DNA of 64,000 nucleotides from an uncultured bacterium (GTDB taxonomy: Bacteria; Babelota; Babeliae; Babelales; Babelaceae). The DNA lies in the NCBI GenBank assembly GCA_963717435.1, contig OY970332.1, forward strand, positions 672,001-736,000, given 5' to 3'. Position numbers and translations under genes: made by a program. Below are positions 29,669 to 38,841 of the stretch, piece after piece (within the stretch, counting starts at the first letter, position 1; each line of letters begins with the position of its first letter). The notes below the pieces were generated by a model. It did not search any database and was not told where the DNA came from. It was given only the letters and a program-made list of their open reading frames with translations.

Positions 29669-30388
29669 CTAAACTTTGGGCGTAAATTTATTGATATCGT
29701 AAATATCAAGCTCTTTTTCGATCTCTTCTACTTGCTTTAAGATCCCCTCAAAGCCCTCTTTTCCGAACAGTTCATGCTCCGTATCTTCAAATATATCAGC
29801 CAGTTCTTCAAACTCTTTTATTGTTATTAGCGTTCTGAATTCTGGGAACAACTCAGTGTCTTCCCGTGTTTCATGAACCCGGTACATGATTATAAAGCTC
29901 TTAATGGCAAAAATAAGCTGCTGTTTATTTTTGGGATCAGAGATTTTGTCTTGTTGAGAAAGATTTATTATCTGGTCTGTTAAAACGCGTCCTGCTTGGT
30001 GCTGTTCGAGTAAGCTGTTAACCAGATCCAGTAATTTCCCGGCTTTTTGAAATCTTGTAAATATATACTGCTCTTCTGATTTCTCATGATAATCTTCGAT
30101 AAAGTTTCTGATTATTGAAGCAGATTTTTTTAGATTTTCTATATTAAAATTTTTATTGTTATCTAGTCTTTTAACTATTTCTTCGTAAATTAATAATACT
30201 CTGTTTAATATGCCGTGCTCGCGCATCAGGTCTTCTGTTGGCGGTATATCTTCTATAAATTCTTGTTGCGTTTTTTGAGCAGGGTTAAAATTTATTTTGT
30301 TAAACTTTAAGACAATAAATACTATTATTATTGCCGCAAAAACTATTATAAAACTTAATAGTAATTTGTTTGAAAAAATTTGGTTCAT
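29669..30388 (-). CDS. Hemerythrin/HHE cation-binding domain protein with N-terminal membrane anchor
   Basis: LMREH, YHEKSEEQYIF, EQH and HETREDTELFP motifs. Confidence 0.82.
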   Translation of the reverse strand: MNQIFSNKLLLSFIIVFAAIIIVFIVLKFNKINFNPAQKTQQEFIEDIPPTEDLMREHGILNRVLLIYEEIVKRLDNNKNFNIENLKKSASIIRNFIEDYHEKSEEQYIFTRFQKAGKLLDLVNSLLEQHQAGRVLTDQIINLSQQDKISDPKNKQQLIFAIKSFIIMYRVHETREDTELFPEFRTLITIKEFEELADIFEDTEHELFGKEGFEGILKQVEEIEKELDIYDINKFTPKV

Positions 30389-30517
30389 AAATACACTCCC
30401 AAAAATAATCACAAAATATATTTTTTTTTCAAATTAACATGTAGTTTAAAATTTAAGCAATTATATATTTATAATATTTTTTTAGTTATAAATTTAATTA
30501 TAATTTTGGAAGTTTTT

Positions 30518-30799
30518 ATGTCACTAATAATCGAAATAAAAGTTTTTCCCTCTTCCGGCAAACAAAAGTGGGCGCTTGAAGAATCGGGACTTATCAAGTG
30601 TTATATAAAAAGTCAGCCTGAAAAGGGCAAAGCTAACAAAGAAGTAATAGAATTTTTGTCTGAATCTTTAAAAATTCCGAAATATTTAATTACACTGGTT
30701 TCAGGATTAACTACGCCAAGAAAAAAAATAAAGATCGAATATCAATTGACCCTAGAACAACTTTTAACTAAGTTGAAACTTGATGGTAAATTAATTTAG
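30518..30799 (+). CDS. YggU/DUF167 family protein
   Basis: IKVFPSS, PEKGKANKEVIEFL and SGLTTPRK. Confidence 0.85.
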   Translation: MSLIIEIKVFPSSGKQKWALEESGLIKCYIKSQPEKGKANKEVIEFLSESLKIPKYLITLVSGLTTPRKKIKIEYQLTLEQLLTKLKLDGKLI

Positions 30800-30815
30800 A
30801 AAGAAAATTTCTATT

Positions 30816-30891
30816 CCCGCTCGTCCCCGTCTGCCGGGCAGGCTGAGTTTAGTATCGCCTGCGCGCCGGAGTTTTAACGTAGGCGTGAGGG
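30816..30891. repeat. REP-like element with two nested short hairpin inserts
   Basis: CCCGCTCGTCC[..]CTGAGTTTAGTATC[..]GAGGG scaffold resembles 4907-4951. Confidence 0.45.
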
Positions 30892-30922
30892 ATGGCGGTG
30901 TTAATAATTAATGTGAGTTTTT

Positions 30923-32116
30923 ATGCCATATTTCAAATGGACCGGAATAGATATTTCAGGAAAAGTTTATAAAGGCAAAGATTTTGCGCGATCAAAATCT
31001 CAGGTCGATAATGTTCTTTTCAAGCACGATCTTGCTTTAATTGATATCAAGCAAGTTTCGGCTCCTATTTTTGAAGAAAAAATTAATAGCTCAAATAAAT
31101 TAGAATTTTTTAGAATGCTTTCTATTCTTCTTGGCGCAGGTGTCAAGCTTCATGATGCATTAGAGATTATTTTTGTAAAGCAAAAAAATGGACGTTTTAA
31201 ACTTGTAATCGAGGATATTAAAGATGCTGTTAGCGAAGGTATAAATTTTGGCGAAGCGCTATCACACCACAATGACATTTTTGATTCGCTTACTTGCGCG
31301 TTAATAGCTTCTGGTACAGAATCGGGCAATTTGCCACAATCACTTAATATTATTGTTGAAAGTGCTCAAGAGAGACAAATTTTTTTACAAAATTTAAGAT
31401 CAGCCCTTTTGATGCCGATAATAACTTTTGGTTTTTTTATCTTTATTTTAATTTTGCTTTTTATTTTCGTGATTCCACGTTTTGTGGATATGTTTGCATC
31501 TTTTGGAAACAATATCCCATGGGCTACAAGAATGGTTATAAATATAAGCAAAACTATAACTAGCTTTAATTTTGTTTATATTTTAATGGGATCAGTTTTA
31601 ATCGGGTTAATTTTAAATCGCGTTTTTAAATTAGAATCTGTAAAAAAAATCAAAGACAGCTTTTTGTTAAATACCCCAATTTTTGGTCCAATAATTTTGC
31701 AATATAACATAGCAAACTTTTTGCACACACTCTCTGTTTTACTTCAGGGCGGGGTTCATGTTGTCAGAGCGCTTGAAATTTCCCGCCAAGCCGTTAAAAA
31801 TTCAAATCTTGGAGTTAAAATAGACAGGGTCGCAAGACTCGTTGAATCTGGAAACTCTCTAAGCGACTCATTTAAACAAGTTGGCTTTGATGACCCTGAG
31901 TTAATAGCTTTGGTTTCTGTTGGGCAAGAATCAGGCGCATTGGCTTTTACTGTTTTAAAGTCTGCTCAAATATATCAAGATAGATTTTATAGAAGAATTA
32001 AATTCTTAATTACGCTTATCCAGCCGCTACTATTAATAGTTATAGGTTTATTTATTGCCACACTTATATTTGCCGTTTACGTGCCAATATTTACCATGTC
32101 TTCCGTTATACAATGA
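30923..32116 (+). CDS. Type II secretion/type IV pilus inner-membrane platform protein (GspF/PilC family)
   Basis: MPYFKWTG start, LLGAGV, GTESGNL, IPRF, GQESGAL and IQPLL...VYVPIF. Confidence 0.9.
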   Translation: MPYFKWTGIDISGKVYKGKDFARSKSQVDNVLFKHDLALIDIKQVSAPIFEEKINSSNKLEFFRMLSILLGAGVKLHDALEIIFVKQKNGRFKLVIEDIKDAVSEGINFGEALSHHNDIFDSLTCALIASGTESGNLPQSLNIIVESAQERQIFLQNLRSALLMPIITFGFFIFILILLFIFVIPRFVDMFASFGNNIPWATRMVINISKTITSFNFVYILMGSVLIGLILNRVFKLESVKKIKDSFLLNTPIFGPIILQYNIANFLHTLSVLLQGGVHVVRALEISRQAVKNSNLGVKIDRVARLVESGNSLSDSFKQVGFDDPELIALVSVGQESGALAFTVLKSAQIYQDRFYRRIKFLITLIQPLLLIVIGLFIATLIFAVYVPIFTMSSVIQ

Positions 32117-32169
32117 TACCAACTCAAATAGATTGATATAAAAGCCTACTTATGATATTATGAACTTAT

Positions 32170-32559
32170 ATGATAAAATTCAAATGTAATAAACTTGCAA
32201 GGGACAAAACCCTTGAGAACATGAAACAAGATGGCATAATAACTAGCCATAAAATTCTAAACAAAAATGATCTTCTCTATCATCTAAAACAAAAACTTGT
32301 CGAAGAATCTAAAGAAGTTGAAGAGGCTTCAAGTCAAAATGAAATTATCGCTGAACTAGCGGACGTTTTTGAGCTGCTTGATGCAATAATAAAAGTGTCA
32401 GAAATTTCACTTGAAAATATTATCTGCGTAAAAGAGTTTAAACAAAAAACGCGAGGCGGTTTTGATATGGGGATTTACTTAGAAACAATAGAAATGGACG
32501 AAGATAATAAATGGGTCAAGCATTTTCGGGCTTCTCCGGATAAATATAAAGAAAATTAA
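32170..32559 (+). CDS. MazG-like/phosphoribosyl-ATP pyrophosphohydrolase-like NTP pyrophosphatase
   Basis: KLARDK, KLVEE, ELADVFE and RGGF. Confidence 0.8.
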   Translation: MIKFKCNKLARDKTLENMKQDGIITSHKILNKNDLLYHLKQKLVEESKEVEEASSQNEIIAELADVFELLDAIIKVSEISLENIICVKEFKQKTRGGFDMGIYLETIEMDEDNKWVKHFRASPDKYKEN

Positions 32560-32649
32560 TTTAATAAATTTATTGATTATGCTTATGAATTGCGCAATTA
32601 TTTGACGCATTTTCAGCTTCTGGTATCATATTTATACAGTTTTTTAATC

Positions 32650-32733
32650 GCCGGGGTGGCGAAACTGGCAGACGCACGGGACTCAAAATCCCGCGGTGGC
32701 AACACCGTGTCGGTTCGACTCCGACCCCCGGCA
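32650..32733 (+). tRNA. tRNA-Leu(CAA), CCA not encoded
   Basis: GCCGGGGTGG... CGGGA-CTCAAAA-TCCCG, variable arm, GTTCGAC. Confidence 0.93.
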
Positions 32734-32751
32734 CGCTTTTTAGGGTAGTTT

Positions 32752-33093
32752 ATGATCGATTCAAATTGTCTGTTTTGCAAAATTATCTCCGGTCAAATTC
32801 CAGCCGAAATAATAAAAGATACTGAGCAAGTCTTGGTCATCAAAGACAAGTTCCCAAAAGCCCCAATTCATTATTTAATCATCCCCAAAAGTCACGTTAA
32901 AGATATTCAGTCAATAGATCCAAAAGATTCTTGGATGGCTGCAAAGACCTTTGAAGTTGCAAAACAACTTTCTGAGGAAAATCCAGAAGCCAAAGATTTT
33001 AAGCTTGTTGTTAATTCCGGCTACGGCGCTGGCCAAAGGGTGTTCCATTTACACACCCATTTTTTAGCTGGTAGATTGCAGGGCGAAGTTTAA
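32752..33093 (+). CDS. HIT family nucleotide-binding protein
   Basis: CLFCKI, PKAPIHYL, GQRVFHLHTH histidine triad. Confidence 0.92.
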   Translation: MIDSNCLFCKIISGQIPAEIIKDTEQVLVIKDKFPKAPIHYLIIPKSHVKDIQSIDPKDSWMAAKTFEVAKQLSEENPEAKDFKLVVNSGYGAGQRVFHLHTHFLAGRLQGEV

Positions 33094-33659
33094 TTTTTAT
33101 CATCTACAATGTCTTCTATTTCCATAAGGGCGTAGTAAAATTCTTCGTGACCGCCATACTTAAGACTTTCATCTTTTAATAAAGATTTAATTTTAAGTAG
33201 TTTTTCGTTTGCTATATTTAGCACTTGGTTTTTATCCGTTTCTTCGTCACAAATTAAATGTATGTCTAAAATTACGTCATGTAGCTGTTCGGCAGTATCT
33301 TCTGGAGAAGCTGCATTTAGGGATTGTTCTGTTAAAGATTTAATTTTAATTAGCTTGCTATTATTTTTTTCCAAAAACTCTACCAAAGTTTTAATTTCTG
33401 AAAGTTGTTTGGATAAATTTTGTTGTGTTATTTCAGACAATTTTTTTGTTGCTTTTTGTTCGCTCAAAATTTCAATGTTTCTATCATTTGATTTTGAATA
33501 TTTTCTTAAATTATTTAAGTTTGTTTTTGGTTGTAGCAAAAATCTTGTTCTAGAAAGCTTTGCGCCGGTTTTTAATAAAGTCGCAAACATTGCATGTGAT
33601 TTGGATTGGGATAACATAATTAATGAGAGTAGGATAAAATTATTGAATGTAGATTTCAC
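33090..33659 (-). CDS. Secreted orphan with presequence-like segment (paralog C)
   Basis: GTG start after AAGGAG; 23-aa signal peptide followed by MFATLLKTGAKLSRTRF...LRKYS. Confidence 0.8.
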   Translation of the reverse strand: MKSTFNNFILLSLIMLSQSKSHAMFATLLKTGAKLSRTRFLLQPKTNLNNLRKYSKSNDRNIEILSEQKATKKLSEITQQNLSKQLSEIKTLVEFLEKNNSKLIKIKSLTEQSLNAASPEDTAEQLHDVILDIHLICDEETDKNQVLNIANEKLLKIKSLLKDESLKYGGHEEFYYALMEIEDIVDDKN

Positions 33660-33674
33660 TCTTTCTCCTTTGTA

Positions 33675-34136
33675 TTATCTAGTTTTTTCTTCCCAGTAAG
33701 TTTTTTCCCAGAACTCTTTTTGTTCAGGGTTCTTTTTTATTAGCTCTTTCAATTTCTCATATTCTTCATTGTTCTTTATTAAATCAATTCTTTCAATAAG
33801 TTTTAGTTTTAATTTAATTATCTTTGCAGCTTGTTCTTTTTCAGTTATTTCCCATTGCTCTACTTCATTTAAAAAATCTTTAATCATTACAAAATGATAC
33901 GGGTAAACTGAGTCTAGGCTGTCCTGAACCTCTTTATAATTATTGTATTTGTTATCGAATTCTTTTCTTTCTAAGACATATTTTCTTAGGCTATTTATCG
34001 TTTTTGGTTGTAACAACAATTTTGTTCTTGAAATCTTTGCGCCGGTTTTTAATAAATTACTAAACATAGAGTTTAGTTTGGCTTGAGATAGTATAATTAA
34101 TGAGATTAAAATAGATTTTTGAAAGTTCGATAACAT
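33675..34136 (-). CDS. Secreted orphan with presequence-like segment (paralog B)
   Basis: 23-aa signal peptide followed by MFSNLLKTGAKISRTK...LRKY. Confidence 0.8.
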   Translation of the reverse strand: MLSNFQKSILISLIILSQAKLNSMFSNLLKTGAKISRTKLLLQPKTINSLRKYVLERKEFDNKYNNYKEVQDSLDSVYPYHFVMIKDFLNEVEQWEITEKEQAAKIIKLKLKLIERIDLIKNNEEYEKLKELIKKNPEQKEFWEKTYWEEKTR

Positions 34137-34177
34137 AATAGGTCTCTTTTCTTTAGGTTCCTGATGTATATTGTCTT

Positions 34178-34756
34178 TTAATCTTGTTTTAGGCCTAACT
34201 CCTTTTTAAGTTCATCTGTAAGTTCTTCTATTTTTTTATTAGTATGGTAAATATTGGTTTCATTTGCCCCACAACGGTATAGGTCATCCGCCAAGTATCT
34301 AATTTTTTCTATCAAATAATTAATTTTATATACATTTTTTGTAGGGCTTGGTTTTCTTGCAAGTGTTTTTAATATTGATTTAATTTCTACGAGTTCTCTA
34401 GTTTGTTCTGAATGGATGGAATCGTGTTTTGTTTCTAAGTCTTTTAAATATTCTATTATTTTTATAACTTTATTATCACAAAGTTCTTTGGGATCGATCT
34501 CTTCTATGAATACAGGATGCCCTTGTATTATTTGTCCATTTTCATTTTTAATATAGAATTCTTTAAATTTCCCAATTTTAACATCATAATCTTGTGATTT
34601 GAATCTTCTTGAGCTTAAGTTTGTTTTGGGGTTTAAAAGAAATTTTGTTTTTGAAAGCACTTTAAGTTTGTTCAAGCTGCCAAACATGCAGTGCAATTTG
34701 GTTTGGGATAATATAATTAATGAGAGTAAAATGTATTTATTGAATCTTGATAACAT
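34178..34756 (-). CDS. Secreted orphan with presequence-like segment (paralog A)
   Basis: ATG 34756 after AGGAG; 23-aa signal peptide followed by MFGSLNKLK...SSRRFKS. Confidence 0.8.
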   Translation of the reverse strand: MLSRFNKYILLSLIILSQTKLHCMFGSLNKLKVLSKTKFLLNPKTNLSSRRFKSQDYDVKIGKFKEFYIKNENGQIIQGHPVFIEEIDPKELCDNKVIKIIEYLKDLETKHDSIHSEQTRELVEIKSILKTLARKPSPTKNVYKINYLIEKIRYLADDLYRCGANETNIYHTNKKIEELTDELKKELGLKQD

Positions 34757-34824
34757 AGTTTCTCCTGCTTTTTGTATAAATCTCAAGACGAGATTTTACA
34801 ACAAGTTATTTGCTTAGACAATAA

Positions 34825-35241
34825 TTAAATTGGTTGGGAAAATCTGAGCAGGTAGCCATCAGGGTCCATAACCAAAAATTCTTTGTAGCCATAAGAACTA
34901 TTTTTTACTTTATAATAACTTTCTTGTAAGCCTCTTTTTATTGGATAATTTATTTTTTTTAGTTTATCTAATAATTTTTCGGCGTTATCAGTTCTTATTT
35001 GAAAATTTATACCACGGCCAAAGGGATATTCTGGCTTGCCGTTGTGCCAGTCTTGATTGTCGTCTTCTAACTGGATCATGAGTTGGCTATCTTGATATGA
35101 CAAAAATGCAAAATATGTTTTTTGAGTTTTCGGATCTTCCCTCTGATACTCTATTTTAAAATCTAAAATTTCGGTATAAAACTTTATGCTTTTTTGAAAA
35201 TCTAAAACATAAAATTCTGGAACAAGAGAATTGAATTTCAT
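34825..35241 (-). CDS. VOC/glyoxalase/bleomycin-resistance family protein
   Basis: LVPEF, SIKFYTEILDF, YPFGRGINFQI and DPDGYLLRF. Confidence 0.88.
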   Translation of the reverse strand: MKFNSLVPEFYVLDFQKSIKFYTEILDFKIEYQREDPKTQKTYFAFLSYQDSQLMIQLEDDNQDWHNGKPEYPFGRGINFQIRTDNAEKLLDKLKKINYPIKRGLQESYYKVKNSSYGYKEFLVMDPDGYLLRFSQPI

Positions 35242-35364
35242 AAATCGCTTTCTATCTAATATATATTATTATATGTTTTTTAAGCTTAACTTTACTTTTA
35301 TACCCTAAAATATAATCTAATTTAAGCAAAAATATTTGCACAAACATATTTTCTGGGGTCCATT

Positions 35365-36975
35365 ATGCAAATTCTAATATTTATTGTTTCAGTATTACTT
35401 TCGATTTTTTCTACAGCAGTTATGGCATATATAACAATGGCGACTCCGATAGGGCCATGGATCGAGCCAACTTTGGTGTTATTCGCAACAATAATATTTA
35501 GATTTATTTTCAGACTCGCAAATTCACCAAAATATTATACAAATGCATTAGGCTTATCTACAGCGTCTGGAGCAATTGGTGGAATTTTGGCAACGGGATT
35601 TGGTTTTGCTTTCCCAACTTTATTTTTCTTAGATCCAGTTTTGTTTAATTCTTGGTTATCAAATCCAGTATATTTTGTTTGCATAGTTGCTAGTCTTGCG
35701 TTTGTCTCAGGTTCAGTTGCTTTTATTGTTGCAGAGATTTTTGAACAAGAACTATTAGTTAAAGAAGAGATGCCGTTTGCTGTTGGTCAGATGGTTTATA
35801 AAATGATCACCGCACAAAATCAGGCAAGAAAAGCATGGGAGCTTATCGCAGGTATTTTTAGTGCAGCAACTTTTTTAATGTTCCAAAAATTTTCAAAGCT
35901 TGTTAATAGCGTTATTTTGTTGTGGCCAAAAACAAATCTTTTTGGCGTATATTTCCCGTCGGCAGTTTTAAGACTTGATCAGGCGCCCATGTTGCTCGCT
36001 ATAGGTTTTATAACCGGTCATGTGATTACTCAGCCATTGGCTGTGGGCTTAGTTTCAAGAATATTTTTAGCTAACCCATTACACCAGTTTGTTTTTAATT
36101 ATATCTCTCTTGAAGATTTCATGATGGCATTTTGCAGCGGCATGGTATTATACGGCGCGGTTATGTCACTTATTGATTTACCAAAGACTTTAAAATCTGC
36201 TGTTAAAAATCTGAATAAAACTAAAAGTGAAAATTCAAATAATTTTTTTAAAGACTTATTAAGTAAAGTAAGCTTGGTGCAGTTTGCAATTGTTGGTATT
36301 ATCTCAGTACTGTTTTTTACTTATTTTAAGTTTTCTTTTTTGGCACAAATTTATTTATTGGCTTTTACTTTTGTTTGCGCATATCAATTAATGTCTATTG
36401 CCGGGAAGATGGGAATAGCCCCCGTGGCTCGTTTTGCAACTTTTGTGATGGTGCCAGGAATGTTGATTTTCGGTTTTAACGCGGTGCAAGTTACACTTGT
36501 TTCTGTTTTTGTTGAATCTTGCGGCGGCGTTGCAAGTGATATAATGTTCGGCAGGAAAATGGCTAAACTCGCAGGAATCGAAAGAAAGCAAATAGTATAT
36601 TACCAGTGGCTCGGATTGGCTGTCGCAAGTTTGGCGCTTGGCGGAATTTTATGGTTATTAATAAGCTACTTTGGTATTGGCTCAGATCAGCTATTTGCAC
36701 AAAAAGCACAAGGTCGCGCTTTATTAATTAATTTTACACACTTTAACTACTATGCACTTGCATGCGGTGCGCTGTTTGGCTTTTTACTTAAATTTACAAA
36801 AGTTAATCCAGTTATGGTTCTTGGTGGTTTATTGATGCCTATAGATTACTCTATAATGTTAATCTCTGGTGGTTTACTTACTTATCTTGTTAAAGACAAA
36901 GAGGAGTTGTACCCATACTGGTCAGGCGTATTTGCGTGTAACTCTATATGGATGTTTATAAGTACGTTGTTTTAA
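35365..36975 (+). CDS. OPT/YSL-like oligopeptide transporter family membrane protein
   Basis: Many TM segments with Gly/Pro-rich motifs (EMPFAVG, LFAQKAQ); family assignment is by resemblance only. Confidence 0.6.
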   Translation: MQILIFIVSVLLSIFSTAVMAYITMATPIGPWIEPTLVLFATIIFRFIFRLANSPKYYTNALGLSTASGAIGGILATGFGFAFPTLFFLDPVLFNSWLSNPVYFVCIVASLAFVSGSVAFIVAEIFEQELLVKEEMPFAVGQMVYKMITAQNQARKAWELIAGIFSAATFLMFQKFSKLVNSVILLWPKTNLFGVYFPSAVLRLDQAPMLLAIGFITGHVITQPLAVGLVSRIFLANPLHQFVFNYISLEDFMMAFCSGMVLYGAVMSLIDLPKTLKSAVKNLNKTKSENSNNFFKDLLSKVSLVQFAIVGIISVLFFTYFKFSFLAQIYLLAFTFVCAYQLMSIAGKMGIAPVARFATFVMVPGMLIFGFNAVQVTLVSVFVESCGGVASDIMFGRKMAKLAGIERKQIVYYQWLGLAVASLALGGILWLLISYFGIGSDQLFAQKAQGRALLINFTHFNYYALACGALFGFLLKFTKVNPVMVLGGLLMPIDYSIMLISGGLLTYLVKDKEELYPYWSGVFACNSIWMFISTLF

Positions 36976-37057
36976 AGTTTAAAAACTTATACCATTTGTG
37001 TTTTAGATAAATTGAACTAAAATTATTAATAGTAAGTTTAAATTTTATGGAGTTATT

Positions 37058-37564
37058 ATGAATTTTAAAAACAAAATTTCACAGTATTTATTATTAAGCT
37101 TTATTATTCTTGGTTTTCAAAAAACTTCATGCATGGAAGTGGCTCAAGAGATTGCTTCTAGCGCAATAGCCGGCGCTGCTGCACGTACTTTGATTTTTGA
37201 AAATTTGCCAGGGTTATTTAAGGCAGAATTTAATAAAGACAACAAAAACAGTAATAAAGACGGTAATTCAAAGCGCGAAAGTAAAACAGACTGGAAAAGC
37301 TGGGCCCACGGTAGTGCTACCCTAATAAATTGCTTTAATATTGTTTTAGCTGCGCGATTTATTTTTAGAAAAAATGATATGATTAGCTATGCGCAATGGG
37401 GAACGCGGTGGTTTTATTTGCCCTCTGCTGCTGCAGGATCTCACTTTGAACGCAAATTTGTTAGGTCATTAAAAGATAATAAGACGTTGAAAAATCATGA
37501 AGATCTGGTTGATGCCTCTATGCCAGTCGTGCTTGCTGCTTTGCAGTATCTTGTAACTAAATAA
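37058..37564 (+). CDS. Secreted hypothetical protein
   Basis: GGAG RBS; signal peptide ending KTSC followed by Met. Confidence 0.75.
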   Translation: MNFKNKISQYLLLSFIILGFQKTSCMEVAQEIASSAIAGAAARTLIFENLPGLFKAEFNKDNKNSNKDGNSKRESKTDWKSWAHGSATLINCFNIVLAARFIFRKNDMISYAQWGTRWFYLPSAAAGSHFERKFVRSLKDNKTLKNHEDLVDASMPVVLAALQYLVTK

Positions 37565-37592
37565 TTAATTTAAATTTGATTTGTAAAAAACT

Positions 37593-37622
37593 ACAGGCAC
37601 GTGTAACAACGTGCCTGTTTTA
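37593..37622. terminator. Bidirectional terminator between convergent genes
   Basis: ACAGGCACGT...ACGTGCCTGT with flanking A- and T-tracts. Confidence 0.75.
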
Positions 37623-37649
37623 CTTATTAATATAAAAGTTTTTTATTTT

Positions 37650-38741
37650 CTAGATTTGACCCGTGTTTGATTTAATCAGATAGCTTTCGATAAAGTCCAT
37701 TAAGTCACCGTCAAGCACAAGTTCGGGCTGATTAGATTCAAAATCTGTCCTATGATCTTTTACAAGTTTGTATGGTTGTAAGATATAAGATCTGATTTGC
37801 GAACCCCATTCAATTTTCTTTTTCTCTATAGATGCAGTTTTCGCTTCTTGCTCTTCTTTTTGTTTTTGATACAACTTTGCCATAAGCATTTTCATGGCAG
37901 TTTCTTTGTTCTGTGTCTGAGAGCGTTCGTTTTGGCACTGAACAACCGTGTTTGTCGGAATATGGGTTATTCTTACAGCAGAATCTGTTTTGTTAACATG
38001 TTGTCCACCAGCTCCGCCAGCTCTATATGTATCTATTCTTAAATCTTTTGGATCGATATGTATTTGTATGTCAGGAACTTCTGGTGTTACAGTAACGCCA
38101 GCAAAAGATGTATGTCTTCTTTTGTTGGCATCAAACGGTGATATTCTAACTAATCTGTGAATTCCCTGCTCTCCCTTAAGTAAACCGTAGGCATATTTGC
38201 CCTTTATATATAATGTAGCAGATTTTATTCCGGCCCCTTCACCTACTTGATAGTCTAATATAGAGCATGAAAGTTTTTCTTTTTCACAAAATCTTACATA
38301 CATTCTTAATAGTATCTCTGCCCAGTCTTGCGATTCTGTTCCACCGGCACCAGAGTTTATACTTAAAAAACAGGGGCTGTTATCTTGCTCGTCACTTAAT
38401 AACAAAGTAATTTTGAATCGAGCTATATTCTTGCAAAACCTAAATATATCTTCTTTAAGTTTTAATAGTTCAGATTCATCGTTGGCAAAGAGATCCAATA
38501 AATCAGCAAGCTCTTTTTGATTATTAATTATTTCTATATACTGATCACGTTGTAATCTTATTTTTTGAAGCTTTTTTAAAATTTCTGTTTGGTTCGGATT
38601 TTTCCAGAAGTTTTCAGATTCACTTTCTGAGAGCCATTTTTGATATTCTTCTTCATTTCCGGAATTCTGCCAAAAACTTTTTATGGTGGAAATATCGGGC
38701 TCAACGCTTTTGAGTTTTTCTTTAAGATCGTCTATAAACAT
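37650..38741 (-). CDS. prfB: Peptide chain release factor 2
   Basis: GAGGTESQDW, SPF tripeptide, GGQ and WGSQIRSY. Confidence 0.96.
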   Translation of the reverse strand: MFIDDLKEKLKSVEPDISTIKSFWQNSGNEEEYQKWLSESESENFWKNPNQTEILKKLQKIRLQRDQYIEIINNQKELADLLDLFANDESELLKLKEDIFRFCKNIARFKITLLLSDEQDNSPCFLSINSGAGGTESQDWAEILLRMYVRFCEKEKLSCSILDYQVGEGAGIKSATLYIKGKYAYGLLKGEQGIHRLVRISPFDANKRRHTSFAGVTVTPEVPDIQIHIDPKDLRIDTYRAGGAGGQHVNKTDSAVRITHIPTNTVVQCQNERSQTQNKETAMKMLMAKLYQKQKEEQEAKTASIEKKKIEWGSQIRSYILQPYKLVKDHRTDFESNQPELVLDGDLMDFIESYLIKSNTGQI

Positions 38742-38841
38742 ATATATATGTCTTTAAATATAAGATTAAATATAAATTTTTTAATTCGTGTTTTTTAATA
38801 TTTACAGTAATAACAATAACATATAAGAAACTAATATAAAA

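Noticed and set aside
32650-35241. Genomic island or prophage integrated at tRNA-Leu
   Set aside because: No integrase, phage genes or duplicated tRNA 3' end seen downstream.
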